Numbered from the stretch's first letter, positions 18,258 to 26,556 are shown. The stretch is DNA of 64,000 nt from a virus (IMGVR_UViG_3300049046_000039:32001-96000), one strand, 5' to 3'. Program-made: numbers and translations. Notes: generated by a model not told the origin, from the letters alone.

Positions 18258-18523
18258 TTACTACCATACATTTCCTCGGCAGCTATTCTCTGTTCTCGTC
18301 GTCTGCATTCAGCAAACAGAGCGTCGTCTGGAATGCTGCTGAGGAGTTCTTTCTGTTGTTCGGTGAGGTGAGTGCAATAGTATCCATAGTCTTCTGGATT
18401 CTTACCGAGCACGTTCTTGATGTAGTTGTACGTGCTGTCGGGATGCTCGGGATGGAGAGAGTCTCGAAGAACTCGAATTCCGAGTCCAGAAGTCCAAACT
18501 GGAACTTGTATTTCATCACTCAT
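18254..18523 (-). CDS. Hypothetical protein
   Basis: ATGA overlap with glycosyltransferase; promoter upstream. Confidence 0.6.
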   Translation of the reverse strand: MSDEIQVPVWTSGLGIRVLRDSLHPEHPDSTYNYIKNVLGKNPEDYGYYCTHLTEQQKELLSSIPDDALFAECRRREQRIAAEEMYGSK

Positions 18524-18553
18524 TATATATCACCTCAGTCAGAATGTCAAGGC

Positions 18554-19180
18554 TTAATCACACTTGATAGTTCTCTCGATCTTCTGCAGTCGCATGATGT
18601 CAGCTGCCAAGTCGTGAATGCAGTTATGCTCTTCGAAGTGCTGAGCCCAGAGAGCCTCGTCGTCAATAGGACAGAATCCGTTCTTTACGTTAGGATTGAA
18701 GTCGAACTGCGTGTCGATGTAGGTTCTAGTATCGCGAACTAGCCAGAACTTCATAACCTCGTCCATCTTATCGCGGCCGATGCTCTCGTTAAAGAGGCGA
18801 GCCATGATGACAGGATCGAAGGTGTTAGCTCTCGACCACCACCGAAAGAGCTTTGGCTGACTCTTAAGATAGTTGTAGATGATGGTGCAGAACTCTTCTA
18901 CACTAACGTCTTCGGGAGACGGCTTAAGCTGGTTCTGAACCTTAGGTGGAAGTGACATCCACCAGTCGATATCGCGCTTGTTATACTTACATCCAGCAGC
19001 CAGCTGAGACTTGATGTCGAGCTTGGCGAACTGAATATTGCTTACTAGCTCGTTAAACGTATAGGGCTTGTCGGACGTAAATCGGTCCCAGTCGAAGACG
19101 TAGTACGCGCAGTTGACTACTGGAATCTTGAATACATCCTGTCCAATAGTCTCAAAGTCAAAGATAAAGTGATTATTCAT
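18554..19180 (-). CDS. dexA: DexA-like DEDDh exonuclease
   Basis: FIFDFET, WW, W.R...FD, RD.RT, H.CIHD.A.D. Confidence 0.9.
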   Translation of the reverse strand: MNNHFIFDFETIGQDVFKIPVVNCAYYVFDWDRFTSDKPYTFNELVSNIQFAKLDIKSQLAAGCKYNKRDIDWWMSLPPKVQNQLKPSPEDVSVEEFCTIIYNYLKSQPKLFRWWSRANTFDPVIMARLFNESIGRDKMDEVMKFWLVRDTRTYIDTQFDFNPNVKNGFCPIDDEALWAQHFEEHNCIHDLAADIMRLQKIERTIKCD

Positions 19181-19249
19181 GGATAATGTTATGGCTCAGA
19201 TGGCCAGAAAATGGCCTAGAAATGGAAACACTAGTAATACATGGTATGC

Positions 19250-19480
19250 CTACCATGGCTGGTCTGGCATTGACATGTTATCATCTAGAGGGTACAGTAT
19301 TGGCTCGTTAGTGAGGTATTCTGATGGAAGATCGTCACCGCACGAGTAGTCAGACATGTTAACGTTTATGCCGACTTGAAATGTTTGATTGGCTGTAGTT
19401 CGAGGATGAAAGCACGGACGAACAGGTCCTGTTACGCATCCAGAAAGCAGAAGTGCGGCGATGAGAACACTAGCCCTCAT
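19250..19480 (-). CDS. Small lipoprotein
   Basis: MRASVLIAALLLSGC lipobox. Confidence 0.65.
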   Translation of the reverse strand: MRASVLIAALLLSGCVTGPVRPCFHPRTTANQTFQVGINVNMSDYSCGDDLPSEYLTNEPILYPLDDNMSMPDQPW

Positions 19481-20030
19481 CGCCGTCTTTTCCAAAGACT
19501 TCATTAAAGTCACTGTAGCCTTCAGGAAGAGGGTCGCCTTCCTTATAGTCGGCAAAGTCGCGCTGGACCTGTTCTGCCATGTCTATAAGACTGTCTCTCT
19601 TCTCTTCCATAGTTTCGGGCCAGCCGAACCAAGTCATCTCGTAGTAGATGTGAGCTGCAAGTTCGTTAGTCGAGAGGTTCTTGTTAGTCTCGTCCTCGAC
19701 TTCCATCTCTTTCCAGACACCCCAGTCAGTCATGCTAAGACTGTAGACTTGCTTCGGGTCTAGAACCCTTCTAGCGCCAACGTGGAAGTACTGGTCGTGG
19801 TACTTGTCGTTATTAGGCCCGCCCCACTTTTGGTCGACCCACTCGATGACGACCTTACACTGGTCGTCACCTTCGTTAATGCCGATAGTAAAGTTAATGC
19901 GTTCGCGAAAGCGATCAAAGACTTCGGGCGACCCCCATCCGTCGTTACGCTCTCCGCTGTTGTAGGTCTCGTTATAGATACGAGCTACTTCAGAAGCATC
20001 AGCTTGATTAATAAGCTGGCCGACTTTCAT
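19470..20030 (-). CDS. Hypothetical protein
   Basis: Coupled ORF; AHIYYEMTWFG motif. Confidence 0.7.
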   Translation of the reverse strand: MKVGQLINQADASEVARIYNETYNSGERNDGWGSPEVFDRFRERINFTIGINEGDDQCKVVIEWVDQKWGGPNNDKYHDQYFHVGARRVLDPKQVYSLSMTDWGVWKEMEVEDETNKNLSTNELAAHIYYEMTWFGWPETMEEKRDSLIDMAEQVQRDFADYKEGDPLPEGYSDFNEVFGKDGDEG

Positions 20031-20509
20031 TATATAACTCCTAGTTCTCTCAGTTGTCTGATGCTGTTTTCAGCCGAAGTGTGGTGGATGAATACGTCAC
20101 CGTTCTCCTCCCAAGCGTCCTTATACTTAGTCCAGTCGTCGACTAGAACGTTAGTAACGCTAGGGTCCTTAGCTAGCTTCTTGTCCTTCGAAGCGCAGCA
20201 GGTCATCGGAAGATCGGGATAGTTATCCATCCTCCACGTCAGCTTCTCTTTGATAGCCCACGAACCGTTAGGTATGCCAGTAAGGATAGTGGGACGAGTA
20301 TGTCTAACAGCTTCAACGAGATTATCAGCATCTGGCATCTTCTTTAGTTGGTTGAAGAACCCTCCCTTAGCATGAGAGATGATCTTCCAGAACGGACCAG
20401 TTCCATGGCGCTCTTCGTAGCTGCGCGGATTGTGTCCAGTCAGTTCTTCGAAGTGTCTGTCAAAGTCAGCCAGAACACCGTCACAGTCTAAAAAGAGCTT
20501 AAACGTCAT
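20030..20509 (-). CDS. HAD-family 5'(3')-deoxyribonucleotidase-like protein
   Basis: LFLDCDGVLADF, LVDD...W...G..FIHH. Confidence 0.88.
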   Translation of the reverse strand: MTFKLFLDCDGVLADFDRHFEELTGHNPRSYEERHGTGPFWKIISHAKGGFFNQLKKMPDADNLVEAVRHTRPTILTGIPNGSWAIKEKLTWRMDNYPDLPMTCCASKDKKLAKDPSVTNVLVDDWTKYKDAWEENGDVFIHHTSAENSIRQLRELGVI

Positions 20510-20838
20510 AATACTTCCATATCTACTCTAGCTACTCCTCGATTGAGGATGCCTATCGCTCTCGCCGCGCCTCGAGACAAGTCTATCTCTCGATGCTTAT
20601 TAAACGGACCGCGATCATTGATGGTCACTACTACAGACTTATGGTTAGAGATGTTCGTCACTCTAACTTTAGTACCGAACGGAAGAGTTCGGTGTGCGGC
20701 CGTCAGGCCGTCTGGTTTGAATCTCTCACCACTGGCTGTAGTATGTCCGTGGTGATAGTAAGATGCTACAACTTCCTTAGCTGCAGTTGGGAATGCAGCT
20801 AAAGTAATAGCTGCTGCGATGATACACACTTTGCGCAT
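20506..20838 (-). CDS. rlpA: RlpA-like lytic transglycosylase (DPBB)
   Basis: TASGERF...TAAHRTLPFGT, INDRGPF, IDLS; signal peptide. Confidence 0.95.
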   Translation of the reverse strand: MRKVCIIAAAITLAAFPTAAKEVVASYYHHGHTTASGERFKPDGLTAAHRTLPFGTKVRVTNISNHKSVVVTINDRGPFNKHREIDLSRGAARAIGILNRGVARVDMEVL

Positions 20839-20888
20839 CGTTGGTCCTTTCCTTGTTTAAGGGATTGGTCAACGGCCTTAGGTTGTAC

Positions 20889-21158
20889 TCAGGGAGCAGG
20901 ATTAAAGACGTGGTTGACTCGGTCTAACCGGAAAGCTCTCCAGTCGGACTTATCCATGTCCCAGACAGAAACAGAAAGATCGCTGTCATTAGCAGACCTC
21001 TGTTCGTATGCTGGGGTGTATGTTTCCATTTCCTTTTCGAGAATGGTTGGGTTTAGGGTGCAGCGCATGTCGCGCTTGCTACCGTCGGCTTTTGTAAAGT
21101 TTACGAGGATAACACCCTGGCGGAGTTCATTAAGCATTTCTTCACGATTTAGTAACAT
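20889..21158 (-). CDS. SH3/WYL-like beta-barrel protein (DUF2693-type)
   Basis: V.FTKADGS.R.M.CTL...WD.DK.DWRAFR. Confidence 0.8.
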   Translation of the reverse strand: MLLNREEMLNELRQGVILVNFTKADGSKRDMRCTLNPTILEKEMETYTPAYEQRSANDSDLSVSVWDMDKSDWRAFRLDRVNHVFNPAP

Positions 21159-21382
21159 TATTTTAAGTGCTCTCTCAATTCAGTAAATCCTCCGATGTAA
21201 GTTCCATCTTCGGTTTCAATTTGCGGAAAAGTTTTCGCGTCGGGAAACTTTTCCAGAAGCTCTTCACGAGTAAAGTCTTCGTCTAGACTCTTGTACTCGT
21301 AAGTGTGTCCAGCGCTCTTTATAGCGATAATCGCTCTAGTGCAGAACTGACACTGTGGTTTACCATAAACAACGTATTGCAT
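21158..21382 (-). CDS. Glutaredoxin
   Basis: CQFC, TFPQI, IGGFTEL. Confidence 0.92.
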   Translation of the reverse strand: MQYVVYGKPQCQFCTRAIIAIKSAGHTYEYKSLDEDFTREELLEKFPDAKTFPQIETEDGTYIGGFTELREHLK

Positions 21383-21432
21383 GTGTTCTCTAACATTAAG
21401 GGGCGCCAGACAAACTAGCGCCCCTGAAGGTA

Positions 21433-21506
21433 TGGTGCTTTCTAACAGAATCGAACTGTTGATCCCGGGTTACAAAGCCGGTGTTATACCACTTAACTAA
21501 GAAAGC
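21433..21506 (-). tRNA. tRNA-Thr(UGU)
   Basis: Cloverleaf, anticodon loop TTTGTAA, encoded CCA; late promoter at 21522-21515. Confidence 0.9.
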
Positions 21507-21523
21507 GTGTCGGTTATTTATAC

Positions 21524-22129
21524 TCAGAGATTGTGAGTATACTGACCGAAGTTCGGATGGCCGTATTGCTCTCGACGAGCCTTGATCTTGGCGCGAAGCT
21601 CGCTGAGCTCGATAGGACGATAGTCGATCTGCTCGACAGAGACGTTCATGTACAGAGGATCTGGCCAGTATGTGTACTCATTGTCGAATGAGTTAAAGTC
21701 TCGCTTCATTACTTCATTAGCGTGAAGGTGACCGTGAACGTTAACGTTCCAGCGCTGAGTTACCGACTCGGGGTGAAGTGGGACGTGCGAGAGGACCATG
21801 TCTTCCAGAACACGAACGCCATAGACTTCCTTGAAGTACTTCAAGTAGTCTTTGATCTTTCCATTGTCGTGGTTGCCACGAATCAGACGCTTAGAACCGT
21901 TAAGTCTCTCGAGAGTCGAGAGAAACTTAAGATTGATCACTACGTCTCCGAGGTGGTAGACCTTATCCTGCTCTCGTACCACCTCGTTCCAGCGACGCAC
22001 CATCTCTTCGTCCATCTCCTGAGCATTAGCGAAGGGACGAAGTGGCGAACCATCTTTGCGCTTGAACGTCGTGCAACACTTTTCGTGGCCGAAGTGAGTG
22101 TCAGAAATAAAGAAGATGTTCGCCGACAT
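21524..22129 (-). CDS. Calcineurin-like metallophosphoesterase
   Basis: SDTHFGH, HLGD, GNHD, HGHLH. Confidence 0.93.
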   Translation of the reverse strand: MSANIFFISDTHFGHEKCCTTFKRKDGSPLRPFANAQEMDEEMVRRWNEVVREQDKVYHLGDVVINLKFLSTLERLNGSKRLIRGNHDNGKIKDYLKYFKEVYGVRVLEDMVLSHVPLHPESVTQRWNVNVHGHLHANEVMKRDFNSFDNEYTYWPDPLYMNVSVEQIDYRPIELSELRAKIKARREQYGHPNFGQYTHNL

Positions 22130-22233
22130 AGTTACGTTCTCAGATGTTTTCTAAAAGCTTTGCGGCAGCAAAACCGATAATGCCGCCAATGATTAGCCCA
22201 GTGATCATAGTATATACTCTTTTCTTGGAAATG

Positions 22234-23391
22234 TCAAACAATAATGTGAGGAACGAATTTTGCAGTATTGCTAGTAATGAGGCCGTCCTCACGAATGCCC
22301 ATACCTACTGCAGCACCGTCGACCGACCAGACGCCGAGTACGGGATACTTACCACTGAACTCAGGAAGAGAGTAGCGCTCTTGATAGACGTAGCCGTCAG
22401 AACCGTACTCGCCACCGGTCGCGCTAAGAGTCTTACCGAACTGGTCCTTGACAAGGATGTTCGAACCTTCGCGAGCCAGAATAGGCTTCGAGACGTATCC
22501 GCTGGAGAAGTCACGATTGTTGACCGGAACTTCGAAGCTTGCGGCAAGGAGGTTCTTATGATTTGGGAACATCTTCCACAGAATCGGAAGAATCGCCTTG
22601 TTAGACCAGATCATCTTCCAGACAGGTTCGATCCACGTGGTGATGTCGGCTGAAGCGAGAATGTTGTTAGCGAACTTCTCGTTGACCATCCACTCCCAAG
22701 GATAGAGATGCTGAATCGTCGACATATGGTAATTGTCGAGATCAACGAAAGCTTCGCCATCCCAACCGATGTCGTTGATCAGAATACCGTGACTGATGAT
22801 GCCGGCTTCTTCTGCCATATCTCGCATGTAGGAGACATTGACGGCATCTTCACCGGCACCATCGTCGGCGTGAGTAAACCAGACGTGCTTCTCAGGAAGC
22901 AGAGGAGCGATGTACTTCCAGCGCTCGACGATAGCTTCGTGAATGCCATTGAACTGATCCACGCCCTCGCCGAACATGTCGTTCTTCCAGTGCCATTGGA
23001 CTACCGAAGCTTCGAGAAGACTGGTCGGAGTGTCGCAGTTGAACTCGAACATCTTGGGGTCGGTGCGACCGTCATAACCAAAGTCGAAGCGACCGTAGTT
23101 AAGAGCCGGTGGCTCGCTATCCCAAGTGTCGATAATGTACTGGTGGAAGTGAGGAGGAATCCCAAACTGGTTGAGGATGTGGTAGTTAGAGACGATATAG
23201 TCTCCAGCTACAATCATCATCTTGTAGCAGTTGTTAGCCGCTTCCTCAATTCTCTCGATGTCTGAAGACGAGAATGCGTAGTATGCGTCCTCGTTCCAGT
23301 AAGGTTCGGCCGAAGCACTGTGCCAGAGAAGACCCTGACCCTCGACGATCGCCTTCCAATTGTGGCGAGGAGTTGAAGAGTGACGCAGCAT
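22234..23391 (-). CDS. Glutathionylspermidine synthase-like ATP-grasp protein (YgiC family)
   Basis: YGRFD, EFNCDTPTSLLEA, YPWEWM, SNKAILP, REGSN. Confidence 0.95.
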   Translation of the reverse strand: MLRHSSTPRHNWKAIVEGQGLLWHSASAEPYWNEDAYYAFSSSDIERIEEAANNCYKMMIVAGDYIVSNYHILNQFGIPPHFHQYIIDTWDSEPPALNYGRFDFGYDGRTDPKMFEFNCDTPTSLLEASVVQWHWKNDMFGEGVDQFNGIHEAIVERWKYIAPLLPEKHVWFTHADDGAGEDAVNVSYMRDMAEEAGIISHGILINDIGWDGEAFVDLDNYHMSTIQHLYPWEWMVNEKFANNILASADITTWIEPVWKMIWSNKAILPILWKMFPNHKNLLAASFEVPVNNRDFSSGYVSKPILAREGSNILVKDQFGKTLSATGGEYGSDGYVYQERYSLPEFSGKYPVLGVWSVDGAAVGMGIREDGLITSNTAKFVPHIIV

Positions 23392-23768
23392 TACGAAGAC
23401 GCCGAACCGTACGAGCTGGCCGAAGAGCCGAAGCCGCCGCGCTGGACGGTGCTGTTGCTCTTGGTGTAGCTGGTAGAGGAAGGCTTGTTGTATGTGCCAT
23501 AGCTGCGAGGAATGGTAGAGCCGTACGCAGGAACTCGCTGGCCATTGTTCATGAAGAACATGCCGTAGTATCCGCCGCCACCACCCGAAGAACCACGGCA
23601 GTAGCTGTCAGCTACACGCTTGTTAGTGCGCTTGTCGACACATGCGGCGTTGCGACGCTTATCGTCATCATCGTCGTCGTAGTAGTCCGTACGAGGCTGA
23701 CCACATCCAGCAACGGTCACTGCGAGAGCGGTAGCGACCGCCGTGGTAATATTCAGAGTCTTCTTCAT
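23391..23768 (-). CDS. YgiB/DUF1190-like lipoprotein
   Basis: Lipobox VAGC, C-terminal RGGFGSS; adjacent to YgiC-like gene. Confidence 0.8.
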   Translation of the reverse strand: MKKTLNITTAVATALAVTVAGCGQPRTDYYDDDDDDKRRNAACVDKRTNKRVADSYCRGSSGGGGGYYGMFFMNNGQRVPAYGSTIPRSYGTYNKPSSTSYTKSNSTVQRGGFGSSASSYGSASS

Positions 23769-23823
23769 AATATCTCCTATTGTGGAGTGGCGATTACTAC
23801 CACCACTCCCATTTAGAATTCAC

Positions 23824-24507
23824 TTAGTACTGGTCGAACTTAAGCAAATTATATCCTCTTAGCAAGCCGCGCTTATGTTCTTCCAGAGGATATACTCCAA
23901 TCGAAGTCTTTTGATTTCCGATGTCCGGTTCTCTAAACACTACGTATGGAACTTTCATGCTCCCCAGAACTTTCTCTACTTCTTCGAGCTCGTACGCGTT
24001 ACGTACTCCGCAGCAAGTAAAGTGTAAGCCCTTAACGAGTTCTGGAGACTTTTGAGCGATGAGTGCGCCAAGTTCGAGAGCAGCGTGAGACGTCTGAACC
24101 AGCTGATACTCGTCGAAGATGTCTTGACGAGTGAAGAAGTAGGAGTACCTCCTGATCAGGAGCGCTCTATTTACGCTTAATCTAAGCGCGTGAAGCTCGG
24201 CGTGCTCTTCTTCGGTCAGAACTTCAGCAGCGTTTTGACCTAGAACAAAGTTCTTCAGACCAATGAGCATGCCGTTGTAGTTGTTGGTGATTGCGTCGAA
24301 TGGAACTCTACCGTTCGCCAGCTTGGACACCTTACTGACCGGAGGAAATGCTCGACGGAGAAGGTGAATGGCGATGTCTCTCTTATCGTCGAGAGATTCT
24401 GCACGGGAGTTGATAGCCTTTAGAAGACAGTAGTCGATCATGTCTCGCGTAGTGTTCTTCTTTTGAGAGGCGAGAGTCTTCCAGGCGGTTTTGTAATCAA
24501 AGTTCAT
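23824..24507 (-). CDS. Two-domain protein with C-terminal peptidyl-tRNA hydrolase 2 (PTH2)-like domain
   Basis: Y.F.RQD......VQ.SHAA...FREPDIGNQKTSI...P...L....LL pattern. Confidence 0.75.
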   Translation of the reverse strand: MNFDYKTAWKTLASQKKNTTRDMIDYCLLKAINSRAESLDDKRDIAIHLLRRAFPPVSKVSKLANGRVPFDAITNNYNGMLIGLKNFVLGQNAAEVLTEEEHAELHALRLSVNRALLIRRYSYFFTRQDIFDEYQLVQTSHAALELGALIAQKSPELVKGLHFTCCGVRNAYELEEVEKVLGSMKVPYVVFREPDIGNQKTSIGVYPLEEHKRGLLRGYNLLKFDQY

Positions 24508-24578
24508 TATTGAATTCCTTAATCTTGAGTAATATAACACGTAATAAAACAAATGTAAATAACATTTTTACGGTAAGA

Positions 24579-24608
24579 TTAAGGCGGGCCGGTTGAGTTC
24601 TAACGCAT
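24579..24608 (-). other. Minigene ATG CGT TAG AAC TCA ACC GGC CCG CCT TAA (M-R-amber-N-S-T-G-P-P)
   Basis: AGGAG SD and TAATG overlap with upstream ORF. Confidence 0.6.
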
Positions 24609-24859
24609 TACTCTTCTCCTGATATTGTTGCGACACCGTCAACAATTTCTACCGAGCACTTCTTGAGCTTGATAGAGCCTTTGGTGTGTGAGTTGTCTGG
24701 AGTTTCTTTTGTAGAGAAGCCGATGTTACAGTCGACATGGTCTACGTAAAACGTCTGCCCTTTTAGTTTAAGAACCCACATGGGAATCTTAGGATCGGCT
24801 AGGTGACCCTTATTGAAGTGAAATACTACTTCTTTACAGTTCTAAAAAGTCTGCTTCAT
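24608..24859 (-). CDS. 83-aa hypothetical protein with in-frame amber codon 6 (readthrough candidate; absent from ORF track)
   Basis: AAGGA SD; MKQTF*NCKEVVFHFNKGHLADPKIPMWVLK...STKETPDNSHTKGSIK...GEE*; TAG at 24844-24842. Confidence 0.75.
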
Positions 24860-24863
24860 TTTG

Positions 24864-25322
24864 TTATTCCTTAAATTCGCTAGTAACATTTACCAACTCT
24901 GTTGGCAGATAGAATACTTCAAAATCTTCAACTACTCTCCAGTATTCGCCGTCAGCCCACGATCCTACTAGTTCTGTTACAGCATCGCGAAGAATGTCTT
25001 CTACGTACTTAGAGTCTTCCTCAGAAAGAATGTGATAGTCGAATTCTTTTGGAACTGACACGTTATTCTGGTTATATGAGTCTACAATCTTCTTAAGATC
25101 TGGAACAAGCTCCGAGTCATTTTCACGACCCTCGTAGTCGCTATGTCTATCGACATTTCCATACTTACCACCATCGTAAGTCGACCTAAACATAAGAGCG
25201 ACGTCGACGTAGAACTTAACATGGTCTACTTCCAGACCAGTGAATTCTTTAGTCATGTAGTTGTCGGCGTCATTTTCCCAAGTGGTCAGCTTAAGAATGT
25301 ATCCAGGCTTAATGTTTGTCAT
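24864..25322 (-). CDS. Hypothetical protein
   Basis: TWENDADNY motif; AAGGTG SD. Confidence 0.75.
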   Translation of the reverse strand: MTNIKPGYILKLTTWENDADNYMTKEFTGLEVDHVKFYVDVALMFRSTYDGGKYGNVDRHSDYEGRENDSELVPDLKKIVDSYNQNNVSVPKEFDYHILSEEDSKYVEDILRDAVTELVGSWADGEYWRVVEDFEVFYLPTELVNVTSEFKE

Positions 25323-25336
25323 AATCACCTTAGTAA

Positions 25337-25413
25337 TGGTGCGCGTGACGGGACTCGAACCCGTGACGTCATGATTTTAGAGATCACCGCTCTTCCAACT
25401 GAGCTACACGCAC
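25337..25413 (-). tRNA. Amber suppressor tRNA (anticodon CUA)
   Basis: Full cloverleaf; anticodon arm GTGAT-CTCTAAA-ATCAT; TTCGAGT T-loop; ACCA end. Confidence 0.92.
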
Positions 25414-25652
25414 ATATTGTTTCTTATGTATGATGCTACCGAACTTGGCGTCATCACGTTTACAGAACATTCATCGTCTGGATATCGGAACTCCGAAGTT
25501 TCGAGTTCTACCGCGTCCACTAACTTCTTAGTGCCAGTCTCTGAGTTTACTATCTCGACGTAAGAGCTACCACGATAGTAGTAATAGTCAGTGCCGTCGA
25601 CGTTAATCGTTCTAGCACCCTTGCGCTTATTTGTCTTGCTCGGTTTACTCAT
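25404..25652 (-). CDS. Hypothetical protein; its TAG stop lies inside the suppressor tRNA
   Basis: GAGG SD before MSKPSK. Confidence 0.7.
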   Translation of the reverse strand: MSKPSKTNKRKGARTINVDGTDYYYYRGSSYVEIVNSETGTKKLVDAVELETSEFRYPDDECSVNVMTPSSVASYIRNNMCV

Positions 25653-25670
25653 GACTGCCTCTTTAATAGC

Positions 25671-25761
25671 GGGTTGCCGTGTTTTCCACCATTGGAAAAC
25701 GCCTGTTTTGGCGGCGTTTATTGGAATCGAACCAATTAGTACGGTTTGCTGTAAGCAACCC
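25671..25761 (-). ncRNA. CAGCAA-box RNA unit A (permuted tRNA module: T arm, acceptor with GCCA, D-like arm)
   Basis: GGGTTGC-TTACAGCAA...GCAACCC; ATTGG-TTCGATT-CCAAT; AAACGCC-GCCA-AAACA-GGCGTTT. Confidence 0.8.
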
Positions 25762-25770
25762 ATTTTTTTA

Positions 25771-25878
25771 CAGGATCAACTTGGTTTGTTGCCTTTACCG
25801 TTTGGCTATTCGTCGAAGTCGACAAAATGGGAATCGAACCCATAATACACAAATTGTGTGATTTGCTGAACTGATCCT
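25771..25878 (-). ncRNA. CAGCAA-box RNA unit B (T arm, loop-closed acceptor, D arm)
   Basis: AGGATCAG-TTCAGCAA...TTGATCCT; ATGGG-TTCGATT-CCCAT; TTTGTCG-ACTT-CGACGAA; TAGCCAAACGGTAAAGGCA. Confidence 0.8.
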
Positions 25879-25887
25879 AAATTAGTA

Positions 25888-25984
25888 CAGGCTTCAGATT
25901 TAGGTGGGAATCGAACCCACACAGATCGATTAGAAGTCGATTGCTCTACCTTTGAGCTACTGAAAGGTTTGCTGTAAGAAGCCT
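25888..25984 (-). ncRNA. CAGCAA-box RNA unit C (D arm, Arg-UCU anticodon arm, T arm; no CCA)
   Basis: AGGCTTC-TTACAGCAA...GAAGCCT; ATCGA-CTTCTAA-TCGAT; GTGGG-TTCGATT-CCCAC. Confidence 0.8.
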
Positions 25985-25993
25985 TATAACCTA

Positions 25994-26022
25994 ATTATAT
26001 AACTTTTGTCTAAGAATGTCAA
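25994..26022 (-). promoter_or_regulatory. sigma70-type promoter for units C-B-A and the suppressor operon
   Basis: TTGACA-17 nt-TATAAT. Confidence 0.8.
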
Positions 26023-26035
26023 CTAGTTTTTTGCG

Positions 26036-26539
26036 TTAGCTAGTCGGCAGCTTAAGAGATTTTAGAGCAGCGATGCTCAGCGAGTTCTCGATCTTAAAGA
26101 TTCGATTGAGCTGAAGCGTAGAGCGTCTCCAGTGTGGAACCTTAAAGCTCTCGTACTCGTCCTTAATCTTTGATATGAAGTCTTGGCGAGCTACACCAGC
26201 AGCTCGATACTTATCCATCGCTTCTTTGTATTCTGGAGTTCCGGCCGGTGCCAGAGCCGCGTAGTCGGCCCACTTAGGATAGGCGTAGTCTTTAATGCGC
26301 TTATCGCTGTAGTAGTTCGGCACTTCAATACCAGTCTCGACGTGACGCCACTTAGTAGTGGGTTCGTACATCATTACTGTTACTGACTTACTGGTTCCAG
26401 TGGTAACAAATCCAGCGTAGACTGCAACTCTGGTATTGACATTGTGAGCGTATCCAGTGGTTACTGCTAGAACTTCTTCACCGACGTTAATAGTCTGCCC
26501 GATACTGTTAGTAAAGGGTTCACGAATTAACTTCTTCAT
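26036..26539 (-). CDS. Hypothetical protein
   Basis: 167-aa ORF with AGGA SD. Confidence 0.75.
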   Translation of the reverse strand: MKKLIREPFTNSIGQTINVGEEVLAVTTGYAHNVNTRVAVYAGFVTTGTSKSVTVMMYEPTTKWRHVETGIEVPNYYSDKRIKDYAYPKWADYAALAPAGTPEYKEAMDKYRAAGVARQDFISKIKDEYESFKVPHWRRSTLQLNRIFKIENSLSIAALKSLKLPTS

Positions 26540-26556
26540 AATGATCCTATTGTTAG

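Noticed and set aside
25653-25763. N-terminal extension of ORF 25404-25763
   Set aside because: Runs through RNA unit A; the SD supports the start at 25652
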